From: Octopus vulgaris
Lineage: Eukaryota
Assembly (NCBI GenBank): GCA_951406725.2
Contig: OX597819.1
Location: 45,632,001 to 45,696,000, forward strand
Direction: 5' to 3'
DNA: 64,000 bases
Under the pieces are notes generated by a model that saw only the letters and a program-made list of their open reading frames with translations, was not told the DNA's origin and ran no database searches. The number at the start of each line of letters is the position of its first letter. Positions within the stretch are counted from its first letter, which is position 1. The position numbers and the translations under genes were made by a program. Below are positions 53,175 through 64,000 of the stretch, piece by piece.

Positions 53175-53510
53175 AAATAATGGCAAAAGCAAAAGTTTTC
53201 TTAAACTTGAACTTCAGTAACATTAAAGCTGCCTTCAATATGATATTTTGGAATATTCTATGAAAGATAATACATGCAATAAGTGTAGACTACAAGGTAA
53301 TATGAATTATTGGTATGCTATTCAACAATGTGTCGTATTCATTGACTGACAGTTAATAAATTGGCTTGAAGTACGTGTAGAGCTAAGAGAAGGTTGCATT
53401 TTATCCCTCACGCTTTGAAACTATTTCTTGCATTTAATCATGAAAGAATTGAAGGAATTAGCAGGAAGTGTGTTCCTCAACGAATCTCTTTCCGCTGATT
53501 CGATATTTCC
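53175..53510 (+). mobile_element. Degraded LINE reverse transcriptase fragment (RTE-like)
   Basis: FSNIKAAFNMI, VFID*QLINWLEVRVELREGCILSLTL*NYFLHLIMKEL, matching FxDFKAAFD and GVRQGCxLSPxLFN. Confidence 0.72.
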
Positions 53511-53848
53511 ACATTCTTTGACAAATAGAAAATATTCACTAACCTTTAGACGATACAGTGAATAAAAGGATATATATATATGAGAAGACGGCATAATGCA
53601 CCCTTTATTCCTTCGGAATTAAGAATATGCAGTCTTCGAAACATATGTCGAGAATATAAGAATTTTGTTAAATCGTCGTTCGACTCCATTCTTTCATTTA
53701 TCTATAGTAAAAAAACACACAAATTTCCACACGAAAGCACGTGATTTCTGCCCTTGGCATGTAGCTTCAACCATGCTTTCTGACGTAAATTTGCTACCCG
53801 GGTATCGGTTAACCGAATTATCCATACTAGGATGATTCATTCAACTAC

Positions 53849-53931
<83 letters not shown>

Positions 53932-55089
53932 ATGTATGTATGTATGTATATTGAAACATTCTTCACAGAATTCCTTCTTGATTACATCAGTAATTCAATA
54001 TTGCAGACTTGTCACATTGTGTTACTCTCATTCATAGGGAGAATCATACTCACGGTATGTTTGTATATAGCCCGCCTAGTTGAGTAGTTGAAGGAACAAC
54101 TGAACATTCAAGGTAGGAAATCCGGACAAGATCCATTTATTATTTCTCTAATATATATAAGATTCTCTTGTCTATCATGTAGTCAACTTGTTTCTAAATG
54201 GTAGGCACGTCGTGTCACGTAATGTGATACTCGAGCGAATGAGGAATTCGCTACGTAGACGTTCGATCTCTTAGAAATGCTACCAAAACTCCTTTAAATG
54301 GAGATATCCAATGATGAAGACACAGGTAGCCAGTGATAACAACGTGATCCTGCCTGGTGCAACTGGGACTAAACAGCAACAAAAAATACAGACATATTAA
54401 TTGCAAATATGCTATGAATTCACATTCTCATGCACATACACGTATATATAAATCATTCATACTTCCATATGTGTTTGTGTATAATATTGACTATGACACC
54501 AGTATTCTCATGAATACTTGAAACAGAGTGAACTCCAGTAATAACAAGAAAGAGCCGTATAGTAATGTTAGTTTCAGAGGCATATCAAATTCACACACCC
54601 AGTATATATTGTATATCCTTTAAAAAATACAATAACTTTATTTTCCATAAGTGGGTGAGTTTTGACATTCTAGGTGGAGCTACTTTCATGCTGTGTCAAT
54701 GCATTTTGTTTTACATTTTTATTCACAGCGTTTTATTGTTTGTTACTACTGAACTTTTTCATAATTTTTCATAAATCTTCTACAAATAAACTTTATGAAT
54801 GATATGTTTGATAAGATATTTCAGCAATGTAAGCGACAACTTCGGCAAAATATCTACATGAAATCACTAAATAAAATAATTTTTTTCTTTTTAAATGATA
54901 TTAGCTTCATAAGTTGTTTAATGATATTATCTATGGTAATATTTTGGGTAAGATTGGATTCCTTTTTTTCTTTTTTTTTTTTAATGGTTAAGAAAAAATT
55001 AATACAGAGTTCGGAGAAATGCGTTGTTACCAGCAGGCCATTTTTGTGCGTTGTAACGCGGGTTGCTGGATTTTAATGTACGTACTCCT

Positions 55090-55510
55090 CAAGCAGTAAG
55101 TCGATGCGTCTCCCTACCAAGCTCTTGGCTGTTTTATTAGATTTCACTCTGATGCAAGCATTCGGTTCATCGATCCAGTTTCTTAATTTCATTATCGTAT
55201 CAGTCTCGAAATTGCTCTCTGTCTAAACTAGTTATAGGGATCAAACAAATATTACAGATGCACTTACCATGGAAATATGAAAAATAAAATACTGTGTCAA
55301 TGTTAAAAATTTAGGAAAAATATTTTGCTTATATTTGTATTGCCAAACGTACTTGAGTTTAACAAAATGGCGAATAACACATTTTTCATGACGCTCGAAC
55401 ATTCATAAGAGTTTAGTAAAGCCTAAAATATTATTTTAAATTTGCTCTATAACTACAAATACATTGTTGCGCAGCTGTGTATCGCAGCACACTGTTTGAA
55501 AATCATTTGT
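55090..55510 (+). mobile_element. Possible hAT (Charlie/SPIN-like) 3' remnant
   Basis: The terminal gtgtatcgcagcacactgtttgaaaatcatt resembles Charlie 3' ends. There is a weak C-terminal peptide, LSKLVIGIKQI. Confidence 0.3.
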
Positions 55511-55669
55511 GTAAATGAGAAACATAATCCGGATAGTTAAGTAAAACAAAAACTTCTATTTAGTAACATCACACACCGGTAACAATGAAACAATGAGATA
55601 CGAATGAATTACTCTTCCCCCGAGACGAGTTTATGCATTTTGAATTGAAGAAGGAGTTAGATTTCTAGA

Positions 55670-55880
55670 AATATTTGAGGGTCACACAAATGGCTTTTGT
55701 TATTTTTCTCTGGCATTTTACATTCCGAGATCAAATTCCTACGAAGACACTTTTTACCTTTTTGCCTATCGTACTGGGGGGTGGGTGGAGTCAATAAATA
55801 AAGTATAAAGGTCAATTCAATCAAATAAATTCTTTCCTTGCCACACAATTTCTGGCCTTGTGACTATTTTAGAAACACAT
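55670..55880 (+). mobile_element. Degenerate SINE family B
   Basis: gagatcaaattcc..gtcaataaataaagta..tttctggccttgtg. Confidence 0.55.
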
Positions 55881-55884
55881 ATAA

Positions 55885-55970
55885 CAATGGTTCCGAAGCT
55901 GGAGTCCGCGAACCCATGGTGATCGGAAAAGTTAGTACTGGAGGTGGGGGTGTGAACTAAATTCAAAATT

Positions 55971-56016
<46 letters not shown>

Positions 56017-56080
56017 GGATAAGGATATTAAAAGGGGTCCGTGAGAAAACTCATATAAATAAAAGGGTTGGGAACAAATG
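55885..56080. mobile_element. hAT (MER5/Charlie-like) MITE with internal (TA)n
   Basis: caatggttccgaagct..gtccgcgaaccc at the left end, ggggtccgtg..gggttgggaacaaatg at the right end. Confidence 0.5.
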
Positions 56081-56408
56081 TTGTGAACCACTGTGAAAAA
56101 ATTGTGAACCATTGGCTTATAATGTTAATGATATGAATATGATTAATCATGTGATGTGAATTATATTTGAAATACAATCCAATGCAAGAGTCTGAGTTTT
56201 TATACGATCGATCAACTTCCGAGAAAATGCCAGGAAAATTACCCTCAAATGCCACGCTAACGCCGCAGGAAATTGACGAACATTCAATAATGGAGATTTA
56301 AATATCAATTGTCGGACACACTTAAATGCCGACACACCACATATACATGTATATGCGTGTTTGCACATACATACATATATGCCCACATACACACACACAC
56401 AAACACAC

Positions 56409-56480
<72 letters not shown>

Positions 56481-56865
56481 GCCTTTGACATGACAGATGA
56501 TCTACTATAGTACCGATGCAATCCTTCAAATTTATCTTGTTAGAAATTTTATGCTTACCATCGAGAATGATCTGTTGTCGTCATGGCAATTTTATAAACT
56601 TTCGTGAGGGAATGAAATAATATTTTTATGAAATAATTGCCTGAGAGACATTGAGAAATTCTGGGAGAAATTTAAAAAGAATATATACATATATATATGA
56701 TATGACTCGTTCATAAACTACCATAAATTTTCTTGAAATACACTTTGTAAATGATATGTTTGGTAACACATTTTAGCAATGTAAGCGACAAGTTAAGCAA
56801 AATATCTACATGAAATCAAAAAAGCAACAGTTAGAATTAAAAATCAATATGGTATTAGATTCATA

Positions 56866-57084
56866 CGCGGGGCTATGAAAAGTTCCTGGTTTTAAAGGTG
56901 TTGCGAAAGGCTTCGTTGGAGGCACAAACTCATTTACAGGGCTTTTACAAGGCTTAGAAATAAATGAAGGGTCGCTGCAATAACTGTGTGAGTCTGACAG
57001 AGGAATGTGTTGAATAAAATCATAATTAACTGATTCTCCTATACGTTCTTTTGCACGAAGCCAGGAACTTTTTAGCAACCCTTT
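56866..57084 (+). mobile_element. Non-autonomous mariner deletion derivative
   Basis: TIRs ta|cgcggggctatgaaaagttcctggtt / agccaggaactttttagcaaccc..ta. The internal RCNNCVSLTEECVE* matches the mariner C-terminus. Confidence 0.78.
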
Positions 57085-57417
57085 TAAATTTTTTTATAAA
57101 GCTAATGCTATAGAGTGACGTCGAACGGATTTGATCTTGGAATGTAAAGTGCCAGAGAAAAATAACAAAAGGCATTCTGTGTGAGCCTCTAATAATTCTA
57201 GGAATTCAACAAAAGCAAGGATCATATCTATGAACAAGTCATGTGTCCAGCAGAAACAGTCAAATATCTTATATTTCTTATACAAATATAATCAAATGCA
57301 CCGGAGGGAAAATTCTACAGGAATTACCTTGTGTTCTATAGAGATCTTTACCCTCAGTTTATCATACCTCACCAAATCACACGTCGACTTCAGAATCGAT
57401 GTTACTTCACCAATTCA

Positions 57418-57620
57418 AGGCGGCGGCAAGATGGCAGGATCGTTTGCACGTCAGCGGTATTTCGTCTGCCGCTACGTTCTGAGTTCAAACTCCGCCAAAG
57501 TCGACTTTACCTTTCTTCATTTCAGGGTCGATAAATTAAGTACCAGTGAAACACTTGGATCGATGTCATTGACTAGTTACCTCCCCTCAAATTACAGGCC
57601 TTGTAATTATAGTAGAAAAG
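57418..57620 (+). mobile_element. SINE family B with an approximate TSD
   Basis: atgttacttcaccaatt and atattacttcacaaatt flank a clear monomer. Confidence 0.88.
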
Positions 57621-58619
57621 ATATTACTTCACAAATTTCATGTCATACAACCAATCATTTAGAAGGCTCGAACTCGGAAACTGAATGCTTATAAAGTAAT
57701 CGGTAATTATACTCCCTCAAAAATATCTTCTATTCTTCTATTTCCTGACATATAAGTCGTATTTTTCTTCATTTAGAAAAGTAGTTTCCTGATTTCTTTA
57801 CTTCTCCATCGTAAAGTGCTTCAACATAATTGACCTCCTTGTTTGCGAAGCAATCTGAAGATGAAATCGGAGTCGAGTTTCGTTTCTTATATGTGAAATC
57901 TATACTTGTTTATACGCCATTTTCAACGCAAACGATCAACTGCGTAATATTCCCAAGTACTTCTTTGATCTTGCAATTATCATTGGTATGGTTGTATATT
58001 ATCTGTGTGTTTCTTTTATTTTAGCCTTTCTCTGGATATCTAAGACATTCTTTGATCTCGTGCTGTGTAAACAAAGAATATTGAGCTAAGAGAGCTACGT
58101 TCAATGATATTCCACGATCATTCGCCGCGGAACGCATTTCAAAAGCTCGCCAGACTTACAGTCATTTCAGTTCTAACACATATCACCGAGTTCTTACTAC
58201 TATCAAATAATTTCTACTACCAAACTCTAATGCGTGCAACCACAACAACGTTCTTTCAACCACTACAAACTTCTAACGAACACATCTCCCTCACTTATTC
58301 ACTTATTTAATTCTTTCAACTATTACAATTTATACCAACAGGGATCTGTCCTATAAACTTTAAAATACTTTCGCCAATTTTATAACAACATGCATGCAAT
58401 TGCAAACAGCCATTAACATCCATTTCTCGATATATTTTTGATTAGATCGTGTAGTTAATACTCAAGCTCCGCAAGTATAATAGGATTATTAAAGCTATCA
58501 CCATCACTGGGTATGGGCAATGCCATGCAGCAATTTATAAACTTCATCATTACAATATCGACCTGATTATTCTATAATCAGAGAAATAATAATAAACACA
58601 ACAACAATAATATTTTTTT

Positions 58620-59013
58620 ATTATAGGCACAAGGCCTAAAATTTGGGTGAGAGTTTAAGTAGATTGCATCTTCTCCAGTGTTACAAATGGCATTTATTTT
58701 ATCGCCCCCAAAAGGATGAAAGGCAAAGTTGACCTCGCTGGAGTTTGAACTCAAAACGTAGTGGCAGACGAAATATCGCTAGGCATTTCGCCTGGCGTGC
58801 TAACGATTCTGGCAGCTCACCGCCTTAGTAATAATAAGTTTTATTTTAGATACAAGTGTACCAGTTTAAAAGAATGGGGATTAGTTAATAGAATTGACAC
58901 AGGCATTTGACTGATGTATATTTTATCGACTCAGAAAGAATATATTGATCTTTGCGAGATTTGAACTCAAGACGTAAAGTCCACCACCCTGGCACCACCT
59001 CGCTTTCTGTTGC

Positions 59014-59095
<82 letters not shown>

Positions 59096-59365
59096 GGGGG
59101 CAGTAAGATTTTGAAGGACCTTAGTTGAGAACACCGACTCCAGTGATTGGTATGCTATTTTATTGACATTGATGAAAGGCAACGTTAACCTCGATGGTAT
59201 TTGAACACAGAACCTAGGCACAGGAGTATCTGTGTCGTAAAAAGCTCGGTTCCCAAACACATGGTTCCGAGTTCCTGTGGAAGCTTGGGCGAGTGTCTTC
59301 TACTATGGTCTGGTGCCGACCAAATCCTCGTGAATGGATTTGGTAGAGAGAAACTGAAAGAGACA
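58620..59365. mobile_element. SINE cluster: family B (-) at 58620-58827, two degenerate B (-) copies, family A (+) at about 59218-59365
   Basis: ttttatcgcccccaaaaggatgaaaggcaaagttgacctc and cacatggttccgag..ttgggcgagtgtcttctactat. Confidence 0.8.
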
Positions 59366-60705
59366 AATATGATCATGATGAACATGATGCCGGTAATATT
59401 TAATTCTTGATTTGCAACCAGGGCACATACAAAAACAGACAGACGGATAGACACATAAGTTTAATATTTGGACAAAGCCAATCACAAAATAAAATGAAAT
59501 ACGCTCCGATGCATCAATGCATTTAGTTTAATTATAATATTCTCAAACGCTAAATGAATTAGCATCATTAGGCAGAAAAAGAAAGAAAGAAAATAATGAC
59601 TACATTTTGATAAGATCACCCAAAATTCAACATAAGATGAGCAGTCACCCAGCACATCTAGACGAACGGCACAGTTCTAATGCAGTATGAGGCTGAGTTG
59701 CTTGCAGCTAGAATATGGAAAAGCAAGTTCAAGCCAAATCCGATAGCGACTCGAGAAGAATATTTTAAATTGCTCCGACTCTGGTTTGGTCTGGCGACGG
59801 GGTGACTAGCAGGATGGGCAGTCTCTCACAGAAATGGGCCAAGAGGTAAATAAGAGGAATTACAACCGTGTTTCGTAGTCTGCTACCACAACAGCTCTTT
59901 TATAGGATCCAGTTAGCTCAAGACATCATCAGGAGGAACCACGTCCGGTTTCGGCCCCTACTCCTCTACCGTTTTGACGCGGTGGGGACCCTCCTTTCGG
60001 AGGTGACTTCAGCTCTGGTGTTGGGTGCATGTCGTCTTTCTTCCTCTTTCTTCTGTTCCTTGGCCTCTTCAATTTAATTATTACTGGAACATTTTGTGAA
60101 TTGATGCTTGAAATTTTATTTTGGTTTTGGCTTTAAGAATAAATCGAATTCGTCTAGAGTTGTCTGTCTTAATCTTTTATTCTTTCTTATTTTTTAATAT
60201 CTATTATGTCATTTATGTGCGTGTATTGAACTGGGTGTATTTTATTAACACTTAATTCTAAGGTCGTATACCTTTCTTTATCTACTTTGTTATTAATCTC
60301 AATTTTTAAATTAAATTTTCGTTTCTTCAGAGATGCTTTGTCACATTTTCCCTATACGTATTACATACCAATGCCTTTATTTAATTTATATACTTTACGT
60401 AACAATATTTCCACTTGCTTATCATCTGCAGTTAAATATGATACACTAAAGATAAGTGCAAAGAGGGAGTTATTTCCCTTGATACATTCTTCATCAGTAG
60501 GGTTGACATTTGATTTTAAATTCTCACTTTTACCCATATTTTCAGAATTATTTGCTATTTTGTTATGACATATGTGGTGCATTTTCTTAATACTCGTGCA
60601 AACTTCCTTGTGAATCATGTCTATAGAATCATCAGATAAGGAACTTCGCAGCAGTCAACCTGTGTTATACTCAAACATTTGTATCTGTTTCTATTCTATG
60701 CAATA

Positions 60706-61038
60706 ACTACCTACCTAAGGCGGAGGTATTGTTTCAGTCGTGTTTGTTTGTTTGTTTGTCCATGGAAAGATATCTCAAGAACAGCTGGATGGATTCTGAT
60801 GAAACTGACACGAACTGATTAGATTTTAGGATTGATCCGGTACCGGACAAGCATTCTGGATTATTTTTCCGGTTTTCATAATTTTTGAGAGCGGTCGAGT
60901 TCATTTTTAGTATTTTCGTTTGTGAGATCAGTCGTGTTTATTTCAGATAGTCTCATTTTAAAAATCACCTCCGGTTAATCGTTGAGAGGACGTCGGCGTT
61001 ACCTTGGCAGGGCTTTGCGCTCTCTGAGTGCTCATGTT
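60706..61038 (+). mobile_element. Non-autonomous Helentron/DINE-1-like element
   Basis: Subterminal inverted repeat cctacctaagg / ccttggcaggg, (GTTT)n near the 5' end, core ggatggattctgatgaaact..gattagatttt..gatccgg, 3' hairpin gcgctc-tct-gagtgc, ending gtt. Confidence 0.75.
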
Positions 61039-61598
61039 AAAATATGATTTACTAATTATTGATCCGAAATTGGCCAGATCTCGTCTAGCATGTCTATGAA
61101 TAACGATATTCTGACTGTGGCTATTCCTAGCTTTTCGTTAGGGCTTATCTTAAACTATATTACTCCGCATTCCCCAAGTAAATATGAATTTAAGACAGCA
61201 GGGCATGAGTTGAGTGAAAATTTGCTGCTAGTTTTGAAATGTTGTGCTACCACCTAGACAGTCCTACATTGACACTTCCTTTGTTTTTCAAGTGTGTCTT
61301 TAAGTTATGGATTTCATTAAGAATTAGGAGGTGGTATATTCTACTTCCAATCATTTTCTGTTTGTTTTCCTGCTGATTGATTCATATTCAGATACGAATG
61401 TGTCTTTGGGTGTACCTTTGAGTTTTTGGTAGCAATAGTTTCTATCTCAGAGATTATTTGGTTTATCCTGATGACGCTCACGTTTGAATTCTATTTTCAA
61501 TAGTTCTACAACCATCATGTGCTCCTTGTTTTATTTGTATTGCTGTCTTTCGCTACGACATACCAAAAACACTTCAGAACACCCTTTTAAGACATTCC

Positions 61599-61648
61599 AG
61601 AATCACCATGAAAATGGAAAAGAAGAATCACCATGAAAATGGAAAAGA
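61599..61648 (+). repeat. Perfect 25-bp tandem duplication
   Basis: agaatcaccatgaaaatggaaaaga occurs twice. Confidence 0.95.
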
Positions 61649-62409
61649 AGAAAAATGAGGTAAAAGCATCAGATGAGATGCAAGACTATTGCTGCAATAA
61701 AGTAAAATACTTTTAGCCAACGATTCTTACTTTTTCCTCACTGCATTTTGTGTTTCTAGTTGAAGTTTTGATGTTCCAAATATGATTGAATTAACTTCAT
61801 TGCTGTAACATTTACCCAGTTCTTGCTGATCTTGTGTGCAAATGTCGTTTAGCATGAGTTCAACTTGGATCAAGTGGATGTTTCCTCAAGAGCCTTCCGT
61901 CTATGACAAACGTGTATTATTTGTTTCTTCAGAACTACAATGCTTAATGCACCGTTCACTTTTGTAAGAATGAAAGTTGTGATTTGAGACAGATTTAATT
62001 TCTATTTCTAAGGCATCCAGCGACTATGTAGAGAGTATCTTTAGACAGAGGCAGAAAAGGAAACCAATACTTTTGAACTGTGTTAGGATCGTGAGCCCTG
62101 GAATATGTTTACATTTCAGAACATACAGTTATTATAAGTGAGAAAGTTTTAGAAGCATAACGACTGTATGTTCTGAAACTGTAACTTTCTCAAATAAAGT
62201 ACACTTCATATTCAACGCTCTGAGGAAGTTGACGTGGTACTCAACAAATATTTCACCACATCTTATAGCACAAGTCTCTACACAAATATATTTGCCTATA
62301 GAATCAAACGCTTGTGTACTAGTTAACAAAAACAGAAAAGATAAAACGCATAAACGCACATACGTATATCCTCTCTTTCCCCTCCTCTACAATACAAATG
62401 TAGTTATAA

Positions 62410-62424
62410 ATGCACACACACACA

Positions 62425-62504
<80 letters not shown>

Positions 62505-62599
62505 AGTTTGTATATATGCATACATGAATATATACATGTACGTATATACATATATATGTATGTCTTCGTATATAAATTTGTGTGTGTACATATATATAC

Positions 62600-62662
<63 letters not shown>

Positions 62663-62664
62663 TG

Positions 62665-62702
<38 letters not shown>

Positions 62703-62812
62703 TATATGAGTTTATGGATATATACCTATACCCACACATACAACACACCCGCAAAAGTACACACACATATACAAGTATACTAGGATATATGTATGTACAT
62801 ACATACATACAC

Positions 62813-62849
<37 letters not shown>

Positions 62850-63332
62850 AATGTATTCACACGCACACACACACACACACTCAATTCCTAATGACGTACA
62901 TAAATGATAATCTGTACAGTTTATGTGTCACATTAGATGCGAATTTAGCTTTAAGCCAAACTTTGGCAGAATAGATTTGCTGGAGTTCTTTCTTTTTGTA
63001 TAATTTGTCATTTTACTTTACTAGCATAACGTTTTGCCTTTTGTTACTGTTGTTCATATTGTTGCTAATATTGTTGCTGTTATTGTTGTTTTTGTTGTTT
63101 TTCCTTCCTTAAGGCATCTCATTAATGCAAAGTTGCTTCTGTTTTCTTTTCATATTTATTTTCATTTCTCTTCACTTGCTTGGCTATGAATAGTTTTAAC
63201 TGTAATTTTGATCCACGTATCTTGAATGGCCATTGAAAATAACGGTGAGTTATTATTATTATTAACATTATTATTACAATATTACATTAATATCATGATT
63301 ATTATTATTATTATTATTTGTTATTATTATTA

Positions 63333-63398
<66 letters not shown>

Positions 63399-63662
63399 GA
63401 TTATTATTATTATTATTATCATTAATATTATTATTTTAAAATCAAAATAAAATTGATAATAAGGATTTCTTAATAATAAAAATAATGATGTAAAATTAAT
63501 ATTCATTAGTCATGCAAGTATGAATAAGATAGCTTTTCATAATGATATAGTGATGGTGATGATAAATAAAATACTTTAAAGCCATTATATCAATTTTCAT
63601 TACATATATTAATACTACATAAAAATAACATATATATATATATATTTATATATATATATATT

Positions 63663-63706
<44 letters not shown>

Positions 63707-63769
63707 AGTGTGTGTGTGTGTCTATATCTATTTATCAATCTATCTCTCCATTCCTCTCTCTCTCTCTCT

Positions 63770-63800
<31 letters not shown>
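62410..63800. repeat. Microsatellite block: (CA)n, (TA)n, (GTT)n, (ATT)n, (CT)n
   Basis: Directly visible in the sequence. Confidence 0.95.
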
Positions 63801-64000
63801 TGTTACGTATATACATATATTTATGAAACCAAAATGCAATTTGTCTCTCGAATCACAGTTGATACCTATCATGAAATTGTAATTATAGATAAAATTTTGT
63901 CAAGAGTTCAACACTAGATAGTTTTACTTCGACATGAAGGGGTCGAGTAAAAGCCCTTTTCTACAACACACATATGCTCACTCAAAAGAACCGATACTCT

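Noticed and set aside
54800-54825. tgatatgtttgata, similar to the 5' part of miR-190
   Set aside because: The match stops after 14 nt, there is no complementary star arm, and the duplicate at about 56752 is diverged.
57138-57150. tggaatgtaaag resembling miR-1
   Set aside because: It lies inside a degenerate SINE B copy and has no hairpin.
57720-58170. Possible LINE ORF1 zinc-knuckle remnant on the minus strand, and an RT-like KLIQSYL peptide near 61780
   Set aside because: No intact CCHC or RT motif can be read.

Overview
AT-rich eukaryotic non-coding DNA with very dense (TA)n/(TG)n/(TATG)n/(ATT)n microsatellites. The repeat families look like those of an octopus (coleoid cephalopod) genome; this is recognised from memory, not from a database search. 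No intact host gene, rRNA, true tRNA or CRISPR array is supported, and most listed ORFs are translated microsatellites. The window holds three decayed Tc1-type transposons with different catalytic spacings (DD36E, DD35E, DD34E), several RTE and CR1/L2-like LINE fragments, many tRNA-derived SINEs from at least five families, mariner and hAT MITEs, a Helentron/DINE-1-like element and several fold-back palindromes. The main points of interest are Penelope-type minimal hammerhead ribozyme motifs. One is nearly intact at 49861-49928 (-). Two more sit in the tails of a tRNA-headed SINE present as a head-to-head dimer bounded by a single 12-bp target-site duplication (40362-40853). Two different SINE subfamilies are also stacked at one site, giving three copies of the target sequence (41333-42215). 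Boundaries of degenerate repeats are approximate.
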